DNA of 64,000 nucleotides, taken from the IMG/VR virus record IMGVR_UViG_3300046171_000197. One strand, 5' to 3'. The DNA is from a virus. The notes below the pieces were generated by a model. It saw only the letters and a program-made list of their open reading frames with translations. It did no database searches and was not told where the DNA came from. Below, one piece after another: positions 58,921 to 64,000 of this stretch. Position numbers and translations under genes: made by a program. Numbering within the stretch: position 1 is the stretch's first letter; every line of letters begins with the position of its first letter.

Positions 58921-59943
58921 ATGACTAAATGTTATTTGGGTAAATGCGACGCCCCTGATTTGAATTTATTGCCATCGGCAGATTCAAGAAGAAAGTTCCG
59001 CACAGGAACATACGTTGAAACTGTTTTAGAATTTGTAGACAGAATCGACATCGGTGGAGGAACCGAAAAAAACAGAGCAAGATCAGAAGGTACAGATACC
59101 GATCATGCAACAGCACTATACAACGAATTGTGTTCTGGTATAAGATATGACCAGTTACCACCTATTGTTGTTAAAATAGGAACATCATATTGTTTAATTG
59201 ATGGATTTACAAGAGTCAAGGCACTCAAAAAAAGAGGTCAAGAGAGATGGTGTTTCGATGTTTACGAGATAAATGAAGGTTTCACATTATCTGAATTAAG
59301 AGATGAAATAGGACTCGGAGCAAACAACCACGTTGTTGCAAAGAGAGCGACTAAAGCAGATTTCATCATCTCAGGTATCCAATGGGTCAAATTAAATGAT
59401 AAGGAAGGAAAAACAATATCTAAAAAAGATATAAAGAACTGGTTAGAGAGTATTCCTAATTCATTTTCTTCTGCACAAAAAACAGACATTGTTAACAAGA
59501 TATTTGACAAAGCATATCCAGATTGTTCAGTAGCAACATTTACTGAGTCTGAAGCATCACAATACTTAGAACCATTTGGTTACGCATCAAAGGGTAAAGA
59601 TGATGGAGATGGATTTGTTGGTCGCACATTTGCAGCAACAATAAATGCAACTCACGCACCACGAAACTTTTGTCATGCCTTAAATGATTTCTTTCAACAT
59701 GGTAAGAGAACAAGAATCAATTTGTTTGCTCCAAATGGTACAAAGAGTAAAGATGTTCAAAAAGTTATTCAATCTCAAAAGGAGGAGATTGAAAAATGGG
59801 AAAAAGCTCTTGATAAGTATTATTGTGTGAAACAAACTTTAATTGCACAAGGTCAAGATTTCAGATTGATAGAGTTCGGTGTAAGACCATCTCAATTAGT
59901 TGACGTAGATCCCGATGGTGGAGTAGTACCATTAGACGATTAA
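58921..59943 (+). CDS. ParB/sulfiredoxin-like N-terminal domain protein
   Basis: LPPIVV..LIDGFTRVKAL. Confidence 0.55.
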   Translation: MTKCYLGKCDAPDLNLLPSADSRRKFRTGTYVETVLEFVDRIDIGGGTEKNRARSEGTDTDHATALYNELCSGIRYDQLPPIVVKIGTSYCLIDGFTRVKALKKRGQERWCFDVYEINEGFTLSELRDEIGLGANNHVVAKRATKADFIISGIQWVKLNDKEGKTISKKDIKNWLESIPNSFSSAQKTDIVNKIFDKAYPDCSVATFTESEASQYLEPFGYASKGKDDGDGFVGRTFAATINATHAPRNFCHALNDFFQHGKRTRINLFAPNGTKSKDVQKVIQSQKEEIEKWEKALDKYYCVKQTLIAQGQDFRLIEFGVRPSQLVDVDPDGGVVPLDD

Positions 59944-59954
59944 TTAAGTGTCAC

Positions 59955-59979
59955 AAACCCCCATACAGGGGGTTTTTTT
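59955..59979 (+). terminator. Terminator-like hairpin upstream of the helicase
   Basis: AAACCCCC-ATACA-GGGGGTTT followed by a T tract. Confidence 0.6.
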
Positions 59980-60010
59980 ATGCTATAATAAGTATATCAA
60001 CAGGAAATCT

Positions 60011-61180
60011 ATGCAACTAAGACCACACCAACTTGAAGCACTTGATAAAATGAACACCAAAAGATTAGGACAGGTTATTGTCCCTACTGGTGGTGGTAAG
60101 ACAATGTGCATGATTGAAGATGCCAAGAAAAGATTTACACAGAGTAGTTTACCACAGACTATTGTTGTAGTTGCACCTCGTATCCTACTAGCAAGTCAGT
60201 TATCAGCAGAGTTCTTAGAGTTCATCACAGATGTAGATGTCATTCATGTTCATAGTGGAGAGACACATCACAAGAGTACAACAAAGGCAGATGAGTTAGA
60301 GTATTGGGTTAACAATAGCACAGAGAACTTACTTATATTCACTACATATCATTCACTACACAGAGTCGAAGAGACAGGTATTGAAGTTGATACTATCTAC
60401 TTTGACGAAGCACACAATTCAGTACAGAAGAACTTTTACCCTGCTACTGATTACTTCTCAAGAAATGCAGATAGATGCTACTTCTTTACAGCAACACCAA
60501 AGCACTCTCGCACCACAGAGAAAGCAGGTATGAACCATACTAAAACTTATGGTAATGTGATATGCCAAATCCCTGCACCTAAGTTAGTCAAGCAAGGTTA
60601 CATTCTACCACCAAAGGTAGAAGTTTATAAGTCAAGAATACTCAAGAAAGATGAGTTAGTTGCTGATAGAGATAATGAGCAAATGATCGGTGCGATTGAT
60701 AACCTTGACAAAGACAAAGTATTAATATGTGCTAAGTCAACCAGACAGATTGTTGCACTTACATCACAGACAGATTTTGTTAAGCAACTTGCAGTTCGTG
60801 GTTACTCTTATATGTACATCACAGCAAAGACAGGTGCGGTTATTGATGGAGAGAAGGTTGACAGAGAGAGTTTCTTTGATACTCTTAATGAGTGGGGTAG
60901 AAATGGCAAAAGGTTTGTTGTACTACACCACAGCATACTCTCAGAGGGTATCAATGTCAATGGTCTTGAAGCAGTATTGTTCATGAGATCAATGGATTAC
61001 ATAGGCATCTCACAGACAATCGGTAGAGTTATTCGTAAGGGTAATGCAGACAAAGTATTCGGACTTGTATGTATTCCAGTTTACTCTAATGTAGGTATCT
61101 CTACAGCAAGAAAGGTCGAAGCAGTTGTTGACACTATATTCAACAAAGGTGAAGCAGCAACATCAATCGTAAACTCATGA
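60011..61180 (+). CDS. Superfamily 2 helicase (type III restriction Res-like)
   Basis: LRPHQ, PTGGGKT, DEAH, FTATP, ILSEGI, QTIGR.IR; ATG at 60011 preferred. Confidence 0.9.
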   Translation: MQLRPHQLEALDKMNTKRLGQVIVPTGGGKTMCMIEDAKKRFTQSSLPQTIVVVAPRILLASQLSAEFLEFITDVDVIHVHSGETHHKSTTKADELEYWVNNSTENLLIFTTYHSLHRVEETGIEVDTIYFDEAHNSVQKNFYPATDYFSRNADRCYFFTATPKHSRTTEKAGMNHTKTYGNVICQIPAPKLVKQGYILPPKVEVYKSRILKKDELVADRDNEQMIGAIDNLDKDKVLICAKSTRQIVALTSQTDFVKQLAVRGYSYMYITAKTGAVIDGEKVDRESFFDTLNEWGRNGKRFVVLHHSILSEGINVNGLEAVLFMRSMDYIGISQTIGRVIRKGNADKVFGLVCIPVYSNVGISTARKVEAVVDTIFNKGEAATSIVNS

Positions 61181-61729
61181 ATTTTATTGAACAACTAGAA
61201 ACAAAAGTGAAATTGGAATAGAGTATTTGGAGTCGTTGATTCTTTATACTCTGACAAAGGATTTACATCTAATGCAGACAACTTTGCAAGGGCAACTATG
61301 GTAGAGAAAGCTTTAGATAAGTTTTCAGATATTAATAGAGTTGACCAAAATGGTTATGACTTTGAGTGGGAAGATAAAAAGATTGAACTTAAGATGGGTA
61401 AGAATCTTTTTTACAAAGTTAAAGACCCAAAAGCAACTAAGAAGTTTAAAGTCAAATCATTTCTAAGTGAAACAAAAACTGTAGAAGATTTTAGACAGAT
61501 AAGTACCTTTGATTGGTTACTTGTTATTGATCTTACAGCAAGAAGAGTTGTAGTTGTTGAAGATGAACACGCAAGAAGTTTATATCAAGAAGGTGCTGAT
61601 GGTGCTATGATAGCATTAAAGGATGGAGATTATTATGAGTGTAATATTGGAGAGATTAATCCAATACTACCACCTATCAATCTATCATATTTGTATCAGC
61701 AAGCAGACCAACAGTTTCTAAATTTCTAA
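61177..61729 (+). CDS. PD-(D/E)xK restriction-endonuclease-like protein, reconstructed across a +1 indel at ~61210
   Basis: MNFIEQLETKVNWNRVF..FARATMVEKAL..NGYDF..KIELK. Confidence 0.55.
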
Positions 61730-61837
61730 ATCTATGCTAAAATCAGATCAACTACTCAGAATATACAAAGTGGTTAAGGTAAAACCTACACCCAAGTATA
61801 AACCAGTTCGTAAACATTATAACATTCACACATACGG

Positions 61838-62805
61838 ATGAAGGACACAATACTATTTGGAGATTGTCGAGAGACATTATCAGCATTTCTACCACAGAGT
61901 GCAAGAATGTGTGTGACATCCCCACCCTATTACGGACTTAGGGATTATGGTGGAGAGGAGCAACAAATAGGACAGGAACAAACACCCGAAGAGTTTGTAG
62001 ATCAACTTGTATCTGTATTCAGAGAGGTACGAAATGTATTAACTGATGATGGAACTTGTTGGGTAAACATAGGGGATAGTTATTACAATTATAGACCTGG
62101 TAAAGGTCAATCATATCCGAAACAATCTGTATCTAAAACAAAACAAGACCTACCAGATAAATGTAACAAACGTGGGAATAAATTACAGGGATTAAAGGAA
62201 AAAGATTTAATCGGTATTCCTTGGTTATTTGCTTTTGCTATGCGAAAAGACGGATGGTATTTAAGACAAGATATTATATGGCATAAACCAAATCCAATGC
62301 CAGAAAGTGTAAAGATAGATGTACAAAGGCACATGAGTATATCTTTCTATTCAGTAAGAAACAAGAAGTACTTTTACTGATAATGAAGCAATTAAAGAAC
62401 CCGCAAAAGATTGGGGGACAAGAGACCGCACAAAAGGTAAGTACCATAATACTGGTACTGGGTTGGTCTCCTCATAGTGGGTTATCCAAGTCTTATGACA
62501 GGAAGAATAAAAGATCTGTTTGGTCAGTAACAAATAAACCATATCGTGAAGCACACTTTGCCACATATCCACCTGACTTAATCGAACCTTGCATCAAAGC
62601 AGGGAGTGAAGTAGGAGATACAATCATTGACCCATTTATGGGTAGTGGCACAAGTGCGATGGTTGCAAAGTCACTAGGTAGATATTATCTCGGATGTGAA
62701 CTACACGAAGACTATGGTAACTTAATTCAGAAAAGAATACAAGATTATCATCCAGTTCAAGAAGTGTCACAAGAACCTTGCATAAACATCTTAGATATTA
62801 TATAA
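61838..62805 (+). CDS. Beta-class N4-C/N6-A DNA methyltransferase, reconstructed across about four indels
   Basis: TSPPYY, W.KPNPMPES..DRCT.AHEY.FL, HFATYP..LIEPCI, DPFMGSGT..G.EL. Confidence 0.85.
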
Positions 62806-62833
62806 TAATAGTATAAACAAAGGAGAACCACCA

Positions 62834-62974
62834 ATGAGAGTCAAAGTAGAACTTTATGTTGCAGGTCAAACTTTTACTGAAGAAGTAAGAGCAGTTGACT
62901 ATCAAGAAGCAAGACAAGTCGCACTTGCAAGAAATCCAAATGCCAGAATTATTAGTGTAAATGCTGTTTTTTAA
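62834..62974 (+). CDS. 46-aa conserved cyanophage protein, not in the ORF track
   Basis: AAGGAG RBS; MRVKVELYVAGQTFTEEVRAVDYQEARQVALARNPNARIISVNAVF. Confidence 0.75.
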   Translation: MRVKVELYVAGQTFTEEVRAVDYQEARQVALARNPNARIISVNAVF

Positions 62975-63237
62975 TGGCAAGAAAAGTTAATTATCAAACT
63001 GCTTGCCCTACTACATTTCCATCTTTATTAGACCCTAAAGTCGGACAACCGAGTGGGTATGTCACTAAAGATGGTGTATGGGCAGCAGTTCCGTCAAATG
63101 GAAGAAAGTTTGCCATTGTTCATAATGGTATCATCGAACACTTCTCAAAGAATTTTGAATGTGCTATGATATACATAAAAAAAGGTATTCAAAAGGAGAA
63201 GAAAGATGCACGATCAAAACTCAATCGACAAAAATGA
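62974..63237 (+). CDS. Hypothetical protein (87 aa)
   Basis: ORF track; TAATG-coupled. Confidence 0.65.
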   Translation: MARKVNYQTACPTTFPSLLDPKVGQPSGYVTKDGVWAAVPSNGRKFAIVHNGIIEHFSKNFECAMIYIKKGIQKEKKDARSKLNRQK

Positions 63238-63484
63238 GACACCCTCTATGAAATATGATAGAGCATTGTCTTTATTTACAGAGTCGGTAATGAAACCAGA
63301 CCACGATTTGCGTGGATGCGCCCATAATCAGGGGTGCTATGATGAGTTACTGGAAATTAGAGAACACGTTTTAAAATATCTTAAAACATTAAAGGAAGTC
63401 ACACATCATACAAATGCAGACGAAAGTGACGAAATTGAAACAGAAAAACTAGCAGAAACAAAAGCATTATCAAAGTGGCGTTAA
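63206..63484 (+). CDS. Hypothetical protein (92 aa)
   Basis: ORF track; PDH.LR.CAHNQ.CY.EL motif. Confidence 0.65.
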   Translation: MHDQNSIDKNETPSMKYDRALSLFTESVMKPDHDLRGCAHNQGCYDELLEIREHVLKYLKTLKEVTHHTNADESDEIETEKLAETKALSKWR

Positions 63485-63958
63485 ATGAGTGATGTACATT
63501 ATGTAAAACATAGAGTATTCAGAGAAACAAATGATGTAATATTCTATGACATATCGGTTGAAGATTCTAATGCTTCAGACCTCGTAGTTCATACTGGTGC
63601 AGCAATATCCCCACCAGATGATATAGTTGGTGCAAAGCAGTTTTATATTCACAAATACCAGATAGATCATAATAGAGTTGTATCAGGAGAGAGGACATTT
63701 GAACTGGTAAACTTTGATTGGAAATATCCATATCATATCGTACACTTGAGCAGACAGAGTGGTGCTTTGATGATTCCAACACATACTTATCATAGATCAG
63801 TATCAGGAGATACAGGTTCAATCGTAATCAATCAGGCAGTAAGAAAAGAGGGATTTGATGCTAAGTATGAATTTATACCAGTATCAGCAGCAAGTGATAA
63901 CAGACTGTATGAAACACTACTAAATGAGAAACCAGTTATCCATAAGTTAGGGGACTAG
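63485..63958 (+). CDS. Cupin-fold protein
   Basis: FYIH..Q.D.N.V.SG.R.F.L..G.L.IP..TYHRS.S. Confidence 0.55.
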   Translation: MSDVHYVKHRVFRETNDVIFYDISVEDSNASDLVVHTGAAISPPDDIVGAKQFYIHKYQIDHNRVVSGERTFELVNFDWKYPYHIVHLSRQSGALMIPTHTYHRSVSGDTGSIVINQAVRKEGFDAKYEFIPVSAASDNRLYETLLNEKPVIHKLGD

Positions 63959-64000
63959 GCATAAATTTTTGTTACTAAGTATCATCAAATACAGACCTTA

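Overview
A 64 kb segment of an AT-rich T4-like marine cyanomyophage genome. A Prochlorococcus host is likely, given the Prochlorococcus-type psbD loop insertion and the low GC content. The layout from 5' to 3' is: (1) a large virion-type protein cut by the window start; (2) psbA-psbD with a structured leader; (3) small ORFs, an EndoVII-like remnant and an HNH nuclease; (4) an ~18 kb array of modular tail-fibre, tip and chaperone genes, most with their own (A/C/T)TAAATA late promoter; (5) a promoter-to-terminator ~100 nt RNA with no ORF, then glutaredoxin and a microprotein cluster; (6) T4 core genes (thyX, phoH, exonuclease, gp33, gp59, gp32, gp53, gp48, gp2, gp4, tail-tube/gp54-like, gp26, gp51, hub genes, gp5); (7) more fibres interleaved with 2OG-Fe(II) oxygenases and a flavin-dependent halogenase; (8) an early-promoter region with two DNA methyltransferases, a ParB-like protein, an SF2 helicase and a PD-(D/E)xK nuclease. 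The most striking feature is at 27693-28613. An NtcA-type palindrome and a sigma70 promoter drive two tandem glutamine-II (Downstream-peptide)-like riboswitch aptamers. Each aptamer carries an entire small ORF inside its P2 loop, with the start codon in the P2 stem and the stop codon in the conserved 3' core. DUF4278 (IF17/GifB-like) microproteins follow. A second GTA-N8-TAC box sits inside the promoter of the ~100 nt RNA. About 25 single-base indels break genes, including essential baseplate genes. I treat them as sequencing or assembly errors and annotate the reconstructed genes. All family calls are motif recognition by eye; no database searches were run.
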